A stretch of 64,000 bases of DNA. Origin: Geosiphon pyriformis uo1 (taxonomy: Eukaryota > Fungi > Glomeromycota). The stretch spans positions 744,001 through 808,000 of the forward strand of contig JAAOMT010000372.1 in assembly GCA_016748015.1 (NCBI GenBank). Reading direction: 5' to 3'. Numbering within the stretch: position 1 is the stretch's first letter; each line of letters opens with the position of its first letter. Of this stretch, positions 21,939-34,567 are shown one piece after another. Under the pieces are notes generated by a model. That model did no database searches and had not been told where the DNA came from. It saw only the letters and a list, made by a program, of their open reading frames with translations. The position numbers and the translations under genes are program-made.

Positions 21939-24900
21939 AACAACACAGCAAAAACAACTTCAAAGTAGTAACCATACCAGACACAACAACTCTAGAGTAT
22001 TACCAGTCAATTTACATTCACTGCAAGCAAAGATTTAACATTCCAGACGGAATTGAAGTTGTCAAGAAATCAGTATACCAATATATTGAAAACCACATTA
22101 ACAATTATCTTTTTGGAAATTACAATATTTCAGAAGTTAGAAACAACCTTTACAATAATTTAGTACACTATTTACAGTTGGGAACTGAAGATCTTAACAG
22201 TGAAACACTTGCCACTTATTTTCAAGAACTTAATTTTAACATTATCAAGTACTGTGAAGAAACATATCCAGTGCAGTCTCAATACTCTATTGATTTTGAA
22301 TTAGAGACAGAAACAAGCAACAAAGGCAAACAAAAATTGAAGCAATACTCAAAAACCACTCCAAATACTCCAATACTACCAAAAACAACTGCCAAACACT
22401 TACAAATACCTGAACAAGGAACCAGTTCAAAACTTCCACTTACTATCACACCTTTTCCAGCTTCACTTGCACAAGCACAAACACCTAATTTACTCTTAAA
22501 TTGATTTGCAAGACTAGAAGATTTTACATTACCCAGAAGTTCCACCAGACAACAAAAACTCTTTTAAACTAGTTCCAATCTCCTTGACTTTCTAGCTGAA
22601 AATCGAAGTGAACACTCTGAGACAGCAACAAATGAAAAAAACAACTCTGAAATATCTGAAGAAGAATAAATAGACAGTGAAAATAAAAAAGATGAAATGA
22701 CAGCATACATCACAAAAATCCCTGAATTTAATAGAGAAAACATTAAGACCAGTCTCCAAGAATGGCTTGACCAAGTTACTAAAGCTGGAGATGCAAATAA
22801 ATGAAATGCTGCCAGAATATTAAGAACAATTCCCTACTTTCTCAAAGGAACAGCAGGCAAATGGTTCGAAAACTTGATCATCTCTTTTAATGACTGGACA
22901 GCTTTCAAAACTGCCTTTTTAGAACAATTCACCAATAACAATACCTCAATCACACTTCAAAATTGTTTTTGCAATATCAAACAAAAACCCTCCAAATCTG
23001 TCATGACTTATATTGGGAAATTTAACAAACTTCTCAGACAAATTCACCAACTTGAAACTAATGATTATTATTCCGATGCTCAAATTTTGGATCAATTTAT
23101 CACTGGTTTAAAGGATAAACTGATTAAAAAGATTTGCCCACATGCCCCAGAAAATTTAAACTCTGCCATTCAGCATGCAATAAGATATGAAATGGCCATG
23201 GAAGAAACCAATCCTACAAAACTTGTGAACTTAGCCATTGAAGAGACCAGCTCAGCAGCTAAAAAGAAAATTGACCAACTCACAAAAAAAGTCAAAAACT
23301 ATTTCACCAACCAACAACAACAGCAACCTCAAAGATATCAATCATCCCAAAGACAGAATTAAAACAACTTCATATCATCTTCTAATAACCAGCCTCAGAA
23401 TTGCCATTACTGTAGAATCCCTGGCTACTGAAAAAAAAATTGTAGAAAGCTACAACAAGACCAACAAAACAGGAGTAATCAACGTTACTCTTTGCCACAA
23501 CAATCTTATTACCAACCACCACTACCACCAGCTTACTATCCACTAAGACTGCAATATCAAACTGACTACTATCAACCTGCTCCACAGCCAATGCAACAAC
23601 AGTATTGACAACTCATTCAATATTACCAAGTACCTGCTCGAAGATTGGTTCAACAAAACCAATTTGCACCACAAAACCGATTTGCAACAAACAACAACAG
23701 AATCAACCCAAATAACCAATTAGTTCCCCGAAATCCAGCTCAGCCAAGACTCACCTATTATCATACTCAACCTAGCTATCTTACAATACCTGAAGAACAG
23801 GATTTTTACCATACTGCACTTTCAGAAAGTAGAGCTGTAGCACAACAACAAAACCCTTTCTATACTCTTACCACAATTCCACCAGCCAGAATTGCTGAAA
23901 AGCCAACCTTTTAAATATATTCCCTTTTGAGTTTGAAGCAAATGAGTCACCATTCCTGCTTAGCAATGCAGTCACCAACAAACAAAAAGCAATCACTGCT
24001 ATGTACACTGAAGCAGAAGTTAAAGGAAAGGCAATTCGCTTGATCCTAGACAGTGAATTCACTAAAAGTATCATTACCTACCAGTTAATACAATAGTTAA
24101 AGAGAAATGTTGACCAACCAGCTCAAACAGTAATTGTTACTGCCGATGGCATGAAAAAGACTTCAGTAGAAGAAATTGACAATTTTCCATTCACTCTTGA
24201 TGGAATTACCATTCCAGTCAAAGTTTTTGTAATGGATGTGTCCCAATATTAAGCCCTTATCGAAAATAATTGGCTCCAAAAAGCCAATGCAAAATTAGAC
24301 TGGGAAACCCAAGAATTACAACTCTTCTATCAAAGACAACATGCCCGAGTACCTGCTACTTGTGATATATTTAACAAACAATCAGAGAAAGCCCTTGTCT
24401 TCGAATTTGAAGAAAAGGAAGAAAAGCCTATAGTCGAAACATTTATGGCACTTGAATCAACATCTAACTGGGCTGAAGAAACTGAGCAAACATATTTTGC
24501 AAAAAATTCATATTCAGAGAAACCAGAAACCCCTGGATGGAACATCCCATATTCTAAACCAGAACCAAAAAAACGACACCCTTACATTCCGCTCAAATGC
24601 AAGGACTGTCACAAAAAACTCTCCTCAATGGAAGCCTGCATTTCACCTGAAGAAAAATATGAAAATCATACTTGTTATTACTGCAAGGCTTGCCACAGAG
24701 AATGATGGGGCCATCTAATAAAAAAAAGTGGAAAATGAGACAACACTCTTTGTTTGACTTGTAGAGATATGTTACCAGAAGAATACAATTGGATTGATGT
24801 AGCAATGAGAGAAGGAGTCTGCAATCAAATCTGCCAATATGCTTTATCAATTTCAAAAAAGTTAAAAGAGGGACACCTTTTAATGCAGCATACAACAATA

Positions 24901-27587
24901 CTTTCAACAAACTTTATCACTACTCCCATGATGTTGAGATGATTTTCAACCTAGCAATGACATTAGTTAATAGAGCTACCAAAGAAGATGTTCGTCAAAT
25001 GAAAGAAGCAGAATACATTGAATACACCATAGAATTAGCTGGATTCAATTATGAAGATGAAATAGAAGTGTACCATCAAATTGCAAGTCACATCTATTCA
25101 ACTAAAAAAGCTCAAGCTCAATGGCTAGAACAAATAAACATTAAATTATGTAAAAAATGCATAATGCCTTGTGATGAACAATGGTGTTCTGAATGCTATG
25201 CTCTTAGCATTCCCTTGCTCAGCAAAAGTGATAAATACAAAATTGAATTTGGAGAACCTGAAGCGACAGAAGAAATTGAAACAACACCTATCTATCTCAT
25301 CAAAAATCAGTCTGTCTTATAACTCAAATACTTCAACAACAATGGACAAGGAATAAAACCCAAAAAAGCACATGAAATTGATGCTGGATATGACCTAAGA
25401 TATCCAGACAAGAATACTCTCGTTCTTAAACCCAAATTTCTCTCAAAAATCAACCTCAAAATTGCTCTCAAAATTCCGCCAGGAGCAATGGTTCAAATCA
25501 TCTCCTGGTTCTCTTTGGCAAGCAAAAGAATCAATATCAGAGGAGGAATAATTGATGCTAGATATACTGGTGACATAACAGTAATACTCCAAAATGAAAC
25601 TAACAAGCCGTTTAAGATTGAACATGCTGAGAAAATTGCCCAAGCCATATATTTACTTTTAATTAACATTTTGGGTTTACAATTAGTCAATCAAAGAGAA
25701 CTATTGGGAAAAAATGAAAAAAGAACCCAAGGTTTTGGTTTAACTGGATGATTCACAGTTCCAGTAAACATAGCCCTCAATGAACAAAAAGAATCTTACC
25801 AGATTTTATGACTTCTACAACCAATTACCATTTTACCCTTTGGAGAACATCCTGAAATTTACACTTGTGAAAAGCCAACAACCACACAACAAATTTTTGA
25901 GTCCAACGAACAAATCTGCTTGGAACATAATATCTCAATTCCAAACATTTATATTCCAGAAGGAACAAAGAAAATCCGAGTTACTTTTTACAATCCCAAC
26001 AATTTCCCCATAGTTTTATTAAATAACTTAAAAATTGGAGTTATTCACAGTAATATTTTTCAACAAAAATTACCCCAAACAGTCACTGATTTCTCTGAAA
26101 TTATTGAACATTTACTACCAAAAATCAACCCAAATCCCAACTCTGAAAACTACTATGTTGTTATGGAAAAACTATCTCAAATCAACATAGGATAACTTAA
26201 ACCACAACAACAGAGCCAGCTCAAAGAGCTAATTGCAGAATTTGTCAATATCTTTGCCAAAAACAACAATGACTTAGAAAGAACCAATTTGGTTCAACAC
26301 CAAATCTATACAGGAGATGCCAAACCAAGGCAACAGCAAGCCTACCAAGTTGTTCCAGAAAGTCACCAATTTATCTGTGAAGAAGTACAATGGATGCTCA
26401 ACAATGGGCTTATTCAACCATCAATGAGTCCATGGGCCTTACCTGTGGTCTTAGTTAAAAAAAAAATGGAAAGATACGATTTTGTGTTGATTATCGACAA
26501 CTCAACAGTGTCACTATTGGAGATGCTTATCTCTTTCCCTGAATTGATGATATGTTGGATGCCCTTGAAAAGGCCAAATACTTTTCAACACTAGATTTAG
26601 AAAGCGAATACTAGCAAGTTGCCATGGACCCCAAAGATCATTCCAAAACAGCCTTCACAACTCAAGAAAGAAACTACGAATTCAATATAATGTCTTTTGG
26701 ATTATGCAATACACCAGCAACATTTCAGAAATTAATGAATATTGTGTACAAAAGACTCCTTTGGAAGTCAGTAGTTGTTTATCTTGATGATACTGATGTT
26801 TATTCTTCATTATTTGAATTATACTTAAAACACCTATGAGAAGTTTTTCAACGATTATGAAAAGCAGGACTAAAACTCAACATCAAAAAATGCTACTTTG
26901 GAAAAACAAGCTTGGATTTTCTTGGTCACATCATTAGTAAAGATAAAATCAAACCAGACCCTGGAAAAATCAGCACTGTCAAAAACTTCAAAACTTCTCA
27001 AAACACTACAGAACTAAGAGGATTCATAGGATTAGCCTCCTACTATTGGAAGTTTATCAAAAAATTCTCAGAAATTGCAAACCTCTCAACCAGCTTACTA
27101 CCAAAAACGTCGAATACAAATGGATTGCTAAACACCAAAACACATTTGAAATCCTCAAAGAAAAACTAACAACAGCTCCAATTCTCGCCTACTCAGATTT
27201 CAGCAACTGATTCCAGTTAGCAACAGATACTTCTTATACTGCCTTTGGTGCCATCCTATCACAGTTAGATGACAATGAAAATGAGCGAGTAATTGCTTAT
27301 ACTAGCAGAACATTGAAACCAGCCAAAAAAAACTACCCTGCAACAGAATTAGAAACTGCAGCAGTAATCTGGGCCCTACATCATTTCAACCTTACCTCAA
27401 ACCCAAAGAATTTGATATTATCACTAATAATATTGGACTCAAATGGCTTTAGAACAAAAACACTCAGCTAAATGCAAAACAAACCCAATGGACAGGATTT
27501 TTAGCCAACTACTAATATATTGTACACCACAAACCAAGAAAACTCCACACCAATGTTGATTGTCTCTCAAGAATGAGACAAGATTAG
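21920..27587 (+). pseudogene. gag-pol: Element D Gag-PR-Cys-rich-dUTPase-RT-RNase H polyprotein (pseudo)
   Basis: Colinear with C; dUTPase DAGYDL...GGIIDARYTGD...TQGFG (25320-25751), YLDD; ends SRMRQD-TAG at 27585-27587. Confidence 0.92.
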
Positions 27588-27633
27588 AATATAAAACCAA
27601 CACCTATTTGAATTAACAACAAAACAACAAACA

Positions 27634-28993
27634 ATAAATCCTGAAAACTACAACAATCTTAAACAATATTTAGAGACATTAACAATTCCAACAGATTGGT
27701 CCTCAGATAAAAAACATCAGTTACAACAACAAGCCAAACAATACCTCTTATACAACAACATGATCTATTATCGAAACTTCAAAAACCCAGACAATCCGCT
27801 CAGATTAATACAAGAACATAAAAAAGAAACCATTTTATATAACATGCACTCAGATCTTTCATCAACACACCTAGGAAAAGACAGCACTATCCAGAGAACA
27901 CTAGAATATTACTTTTGGCCTCAAATAAGAAAAGACATTCATAAATACATTAAGTTTTGTGATAGTTGTCAAAGAAGAGAAGGAACTTGCCCTACAAAAC
28001 CTTTAAATCCAATCAAAGTTGGACAGCTTTTTGACTGAGTTGGTATTGATTTAGTCAGACCACTACTTATCACAAACCAAGGAAACTGTTATATTGCAGT
28101 AGCTGTACACTATCTTACCAAATGGCCTGAAGCCAGAGCCATTCAATAAGCAGATGCGAAATCAGTAGCAAACTTCATCTACGAAGACATTATTTGTAGA
28201 CATGGATGCCCAATAGAACTTTTATCTGATTAAGAAACAAATTTCGTGAACAATTTAATCCAGGAAATTTGTGGATGATTTAATATTAAAAGACCATTAT
28301 CTTTGTCCTACCATCCATAAACAAATGGACTTGTAGAATGTTTCAACAGAACATTGTGTGAATCATTAGCCAAAGTTTCAACCAATTTTGAGTAAGAATG
28401 GGATCTCTTTATTCCATAAGTGTTACTAGCATATAGAACACTAAAACAAGATACCACAAAACACATACCATTTAATTTAACTTATGGAAAGACAGCAACA
28501 TTACCAATTAGTTTCACAATGGAAACATACCCAGTACAACCAATTAATAAAGACAACTTTCAGGAAACTCTACAATGAAGAGCCTACACACTACTTAGTA
28601 TGTTGGAAGGAAAACAACAAATAGCAGCCACTTATATTAAACACTTCCAAGCTCAACAAAAAGAACGGCATGATGACAAATTGCCTTCAGTTACTAATGG
28701 ATTTAAAATTAGAAACAAAGTTCTCTTATACAGAACTAAAGCTGAAAAACAATGGAGTGAGAAATTTGAAAATAAATGGAATAGACCATTCTTTATCCAT
28801 AAAGTTTTAGGTAACAGATCATACAAGCTAAGACTTGATGACAAAATCCTAGCAAAAGTTGCACATGAAGATTGTTTGAAACACTATAATTCCACAAATT
28901 GGTATACATTCTCCTTTAATCAATCCCAAAGATATTCCCCAAAATTTAGAACCAATAGTCATCATTGAACAACCTCTCATCTTGAACACTTAA
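27634..28993 (+). pseudogene. int: Element D integrase, stand-alone ORF (pseudo)
   Basis: ATA (decayed ATG) NPENYNNLKQYL; H..H..CDSC finger, DDE core and RPF motif. Confidence 0.9.
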
Positions 28994-29113
28994 CTTAAAT
29001 TTATTATTATAGTTATCTCCTTATAATTTAAAAACAATCTCACAAAAACAAAGCAAAAATAATAAAAACCCATACACCAAAAATAATTTTCTTTTATTTT
29101 CAAATCTTTTATA

Positions 29114-29833
29114 ATGACTATTCCTCAAAACATTCAACAATTATCCCAAAAACTAATGTTAGCTTTAAAAACAATACCTGAATTATCCATTACTGTTACT
29201 GAAAGCCACATTAATTATACCCAAACAGAAGTAGTTATAAATTTAGCCCCAAATTCATGAAAATATCATCTGTATAAGAAGAACACAAGAAGTTATTCTG
29301 GAATTCACCTGCCAAAACTTTTAAAGCTTGCTTTAAGAGAAAACTTAATGCTTACTTCTATTAGTATTCCACCAAATACTACTATTCAACAAAAATTTTA
29401 ACTGTGTCTTAATGAAGAAAACTACGACTATACTCCAATATATAAATATTTTTACATTGAAAAAACACTTCATAAATGAAAATGGGAGCTTACAGCAGCA
29501 AACCTCACAAAAAAAGCTATTTGGAAACAATTTCACAACAAATTCAAGACAACAGCTGGACCTACAAACAGTCATTATAAACTAAGAGCTGCTCTTAGAC
29601 TTTATGACCTATTCTACACCTGTAAAAACGTTTTACAAAACCCAATTTTACAATTTTTGAAGATTCAATACATTGGAAAGCTCACAAAACTAAAATTTCA
29701 ACAATTTTCAGACCAAATTTCTTCAATAATTTTGGATTATTATCTGGAAATTACAGACAGTACTTGGACTTTAACAGAGTTTAGTCTTGAGGAGGAGGTT
29801 ATGTTACCAGACAAAATTAGAGATATTATTTAG
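29114..29833 (+). pseudogene. Element D ORF3 (pseudo)
   Basis: Close DNA homolog of 17880-18599 with transition-derived stops; terminal TAG lies inside the 3' LTR. Confidence 0.88.
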
Positions 29834-30781
29834 CATAAAATTATCTTTATTCCTATCATTAATTAACATATATTATCATTTCAAATTATAACCTATTACA
29901 TTAGCAAAATGTCCGAAATTATTATTTAATTAATAACCCAATTTGTACATAACACAAATGTAACTTAAGTGCAATGATCAATCATGCAATACCCCAAAAT
30001 ATGTAACATTCAAAAGTTCGCCAAAATTTGTAGAAATTCGCCGAAATAATTAACAGTTCACTGAAATATCTAATAGTTTACAGAAATAATTTGTTGTTTG
30101 CCGAAATGTATCTTTAGTTCAGCAAAATTGTAGAAAAGAACAAAGTTCAAGTTCATAGAATAGTGTTATGATAAGTTGTATAAAAAAAGAGCTTCTCTCT
30201 TCAAGAAAATGTATCTTACTTTAGATTTACCTCTTAGAACTGTTCCTATACACACAAAAAGAAATAAATATCAAATAATTCAAAAAACCAAATTCTTTAA
30301 TTATTACACTTGAAAAATTCTCAAAACCCAACTAACATTTTGAAATTGATTAGCTACTAATTTCAGTAAAACTGTTAGTGGCTCCAGGCCTGGATAAAAA
30401 ATGTTTCCCTTGACAGAATTCTATTTCTTTTACATTTCTTTTATTTTCTTTCTTTTATTTTCTTATTATAATCATTAAGATAGTCTACAGATAAGATTCC
30501 TGTAGAAAAGTTGACTTTCACAGCAAAGTAACTACACATTTTAGTGAGCTTCTAAACGAGCAATTCCTGAGAAAGAGTTGATATTTACTACAATGTAACT
30601 ACACAAAGCAACTGGCATGGAATTGGTTATTCTACTTATAAGCCCAGCAGTTCAAATTATAGGAGATAATTTAAAGATAAAATTCAGTTATTGGAGATTC
30701 AAACACTTCCCATAGTTGTGAATTAACAGCATTACAACAAACATACAAGAGCTAAGAAGAGACCAAAAACCTCCGGTAACA
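29802..30781 (+). repeat. 3' LTR of element D
   Basis: Preceded by PPT GAGGAGGAGG-TTA; followed by TSD GTGG. Confidence 0.96.
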
Positions 30782-32765
30782 GTGGTTAATAAATTATAAA
30801 TATTAGAGGCTGATAAATTAGTGGTTAATATATTGGCTGCTGTATCATGGGTAAGTAATTTAGTTAATATGATTCTGGATTTAATTGATAATTCAAAGTT
30901 TGGAACTGGTAATCAAAATTTTAATATTAATTTCCTAATCATGAAGTATTGCTATAAATTTGGCAACTGACTTTAACATATTCTTGTTTACCACAATTGT
31001 AGCAAACACACATCTCTGATTGTCACAATTGATTGGTTGATAATGATGAACATGTCTGATTTTGAAAATAATTTGAGTTTCCTGAATTATTATATTGTTG
31101 TAGAAGTTGATAGATTGCTTGATTGTTAGCTAAGTATTTCTCTAATTTCTGATTAATTGAATTGTTGAACTGCTTTAATTTGGAATCCAAGTCAGATAAT
31201 TTATTCATTACTAGATTTATGGCTTGGATATGATTGGCTTCTAATTTAATTGCTTTAAAATCTTAAGCATAGGTAACTGTTGCTTGAAAATCTGTTAAGT
31301 ATAATGGACATATGCATTGAAAAATGCTACTGCACAGGTCTCAGATAAATTAATTTAGAACTTGTGGCACTGTAAAATAATCAGCTTGTATTGTCTGAAT
31401 TTGGTGCAGATTCTTGTAGAAGCATTCTAGATAAGTAGTGACTGCTTCAGTTTCTTTTTGTTTAATAGTGGTGAAAATATTGGCTAAGTAATTAATACTA
31501 TTATTGTTGCTAAAATATTGTAGAAACACAAGCTTAAATGCATTAAAATTCTGAAGTTTGTTGACCAAGCTTTAATATTATGAGTTGGCAGTATCTTAAA
31601 AAAAGTATGGGATGGTTTGCATGACTCTGACATCATTTCATTTGTTGGCTGTGATGGCTTTTTTGACATTGTTTAGCCACATCTGGGCATTATTTTCTTT
31701 ACTGGTGAATTTTTTGATCTTGGTAATTGGTGTGTATGCTATTTGTTGTTGTGATGGTGGTGGTTGTTAAAGTGATTGTTGCAATTGCTATTGATGTGGT
31801 ATTTGCAGCTGTTGAATTAGTTCAATTGGCAGCTGGTCAATCATGTTTATCAGAGGTAAGTTTTGTTAATTAATTATGTTAAAGTTTGGATTATTCTGAT
31901 TTTGTGGAGTTTGCAGATTCAAAGTTTCAATTTCTGAATTTTCTACAATTGAGTTTTGTTAAGTTTGAATGTTTAAGGTTTCAATTTTTAGATTTTTGAC
32001 AATCGGGTTTTGGTAATTAAATTCTTGATTGTCATTTTCCTCTTTTTTTGATTCTGTTATTTTCCAAGAACTCAAAATTCCGAAATTTAGTGGAGATGGT
32101 AATAATTAAAATCCTGATGGCATTGGTGATTGTGATTTAAATTCTTCAAAATATTCACCATAGGTTTCTAATAAATCAGTTTTTGATTGTTTACTTTGAA
32201 ATAGTATTTATATTAATGATGTTTTTGTGTTTGATGTAAACATGCCTGCTGATGAAATATTGATGACACTTCCAAGTGTATAGTAGTATAATAGATTGGT
32301 TGGTAATTCAAGTCTTGTTTTCTTTTAAGTAAGTGGTTGTATTCTTTAAAGTGTTACTGCTGGTGTTTGTAGTTTTCTTTTGCCTTTGTTTGCATAGATG
32401 ATTGAATATTCTTGTTGAGTGTAAATTTCAATTTCTCTATTGATTTCAGTGAGGATTGCTGTAAAATTATAATTTGCTAGTAGGCTAGTATTTTGAATTA
32501 ATTTGTTGTAAAAATTTTTTCTTGTGAAGTCAATTTCTACTGGTACTCTTAACAAATATGAGATTTTTTTGTTGATGTAGAAATTGAAAGCTAATTCTGC
32601 TAATAGATAATTGTTGGTTAATTCCAAATGTTGACAGTAGTGTTAGAATAAAAATTTAGCAAATCTTAAATGGTTTGTCCCTATTCTTTCTAATTCTGCC
32701 ACTTTTGAATGGTTGTGTATTGGTGCTGATTCTTTGTAGGATTATATCTTATAAGAAGCACCAAA
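30782..32765 (-). pseudogene. gag: Element B gag (pseudo), including the PBS at 32747-32765
   Basis: Capsid-like segment (31350-31740), decayed knuckle CVCYNCGKQEY, long N-terminal extension; PBS TTTGGTGCTTC on the minus strand. Confidence 0.87.
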
Positions 32766-33583
32766 TATTACAAATAATTATTTGGGGTCTTAAATCAAAT
32801 AACAAACCCATAACTTGGTGCTAATAGCTGATATAATTGTTATGATCTAAAGGTTTTGGTTGAGTTCTTTGTATAATAGACAGGGCTTTAATGATTGTTT
32901 TCAATAGTCTCTCAGAATCGCAATTTCATCAATTTTTTTCTTGGCTTAGTAGCCAACAATTTTCTGGTAAGCAATCTGTATTTTTTATATGTCTTACTCA
33001 CTTGCAGGGGTTTTTTACCAGACAATCCTTGATGTTAATAACTCAGTGTTTTAATCTTTAATTAATTAATCAACAACAAAAAATAACAAAATAAAATAAA
33101 ATAAAAATAAAATAAAAAAAATAAAAAAATAAGCCAAGACAATGAATATTAATATCTTGTCAATAGCTGTAATCAAGAGCTATTGTTTCAGTGTGGTTTA
33201 GGTATCAGCTATTATTAACATAAAAAGTTGATAATGGAGAGTAGATTAAGATAACAAATAATTATTTATTGATATTTTGTGAATTAGAAAGTTGCTTAAA
33301 TAAAATCTAAATTAAGAGGTCTTGGTATTGATTTTGTTCTTTTTTATTTCTAACACTACTATTATATATATATAATTGCGATTTCTCAATTTCTCAATTT
33401 TTCACATCAGGAATCTTGGAATTTCTAGAATCCTGTAATTTTTTTAAGAGAAATCCTGGAATTCTGGAATCCTGCAATTCTTTATATGAGAATTCTGAAA
33501 TTCCTGGAATTTTACATTTACTATGGTTACTTTTGATTGGCTAATTTATATGCTAATATACTTTTTATATTCTAAAAATAACA
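32766..33583 (-). repeat. 5' LTR of element B
   Basis: Homologous to 4049-4850; followed on the minus strand by the PBS; flanked by TSD ATAA. Confidence 0.93.
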
Positions 33584-33784
33584 ATAAGTTGAAATAACAA
33601 GCTAATAGATAGCAAAAAAGAATAAAATTGTAGAATGATGAAAGAAATCAAAGAAAATTTAACTTCAAAGGGCAAATTGAATAAGTATGGATTCAATGTA
33701 CAAGATCAGTTTCATAAAATATCTCAATTGCTATACTTTTTAAAGAATAACTAGAGAATATAAAGATAAAGAGATAGTTTGTAC

Positions 33785-34287
33785 TGTTAACAAATAATTA
33801 TATACTAATATAATTTTATGTCTTATATCAACATTCTTAGAATTCAATATCAGATATCAGATGTACTCTTTAGTCACATTTTATTCAATAATCTTTAAAT
33901 GCTACAATTATATAAGTCAAAAAAAAGGTAGAGAATAACCAACAAGTAATTTTTTATTCCAAAATGTTTAGATACTTGAAGGTAGAGAAAGAAAAATTAG
34001 TGATAAGAGAAAATTTGAAATGAAGTTGTTATTTTATTTCTTTTATTTTTTATTCTTTTATTTTTTCATGTTTTTCTATAGCTAAAAGATTCATTGCTTA
34101 TATAGCTATCAAAAGTAATCAATAATTAGGTCAACAATTAGGTTAATAATCAAGTCAATAATCAGATTAATGGTTAGATTATTGATCAGGTTAATAATTT
34201 CTATCTAAAAATAGAATGGTTAATTATATGACATTAGTAGTTAATACATATAATAATTAATAAGAAGTATAGATTTCAATTATAACA
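33785..34287 (-). repeat. LTR-like 503-bp unit (solo LTR, or the 5' LTR of element A)
   Basis: TGTTA...TAACA termini, flanks GTAC/GTAT, minus-strand TATATAA at ~34099-34105, 12-bp tandem array at 34118-34200. Confidence 0.6.
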
Positions 34288-34567
34288 GTATTATCAACCA
34301 AAAATTAAGTTATTAATTAACATAAAATTATTTTTATAATTTTTATTATTAATTAACATATATTATTATTTTTATTTATTACTTATTATTTAATCAAATT
34401 ATTAAATATTATTATTCAATTAATAATTTGATTTTTTTTATTTATTTATTTATTAACGAGTGCAGCCCAACCAAAGTTTAGAATAAGTTACAAAGAAAAG
34501 TAGCCAACTAAACATGGTTCACGCATTTGCTACATGTGACTGGCCACTCGAGCCAATCAAGGCAACA

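Larger units (their letters stand above)
20940..30781 (+). mobile_element. Ty3/Gypsy LTR retrotransposon D (sister of C), full length
   Basis: 980-bp LTRs, TSD GTGG (20936-20939 and 30782-30785), PBS 21920, PPT 29789-29801, same domain order as C. Confidence 0.97.
4049..33583 (-). mobile_element. Ty3/Gypsy LTR retrotransposon B (dUTPase-bearing), full length, carrying nested elements C and D
   Basis: Paired LTRs 4049-4850 and 32766-33583; 4-bp TSD ATAA at 4045-4048 and 33584-33587; PBS and PPT in the minus orientation; internal segments 4851-9717, 19544-20939 and 30782-32765 join into gag-PR-dUTPase-RT-RH, IN and ORF3. Confidence 0.95.
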
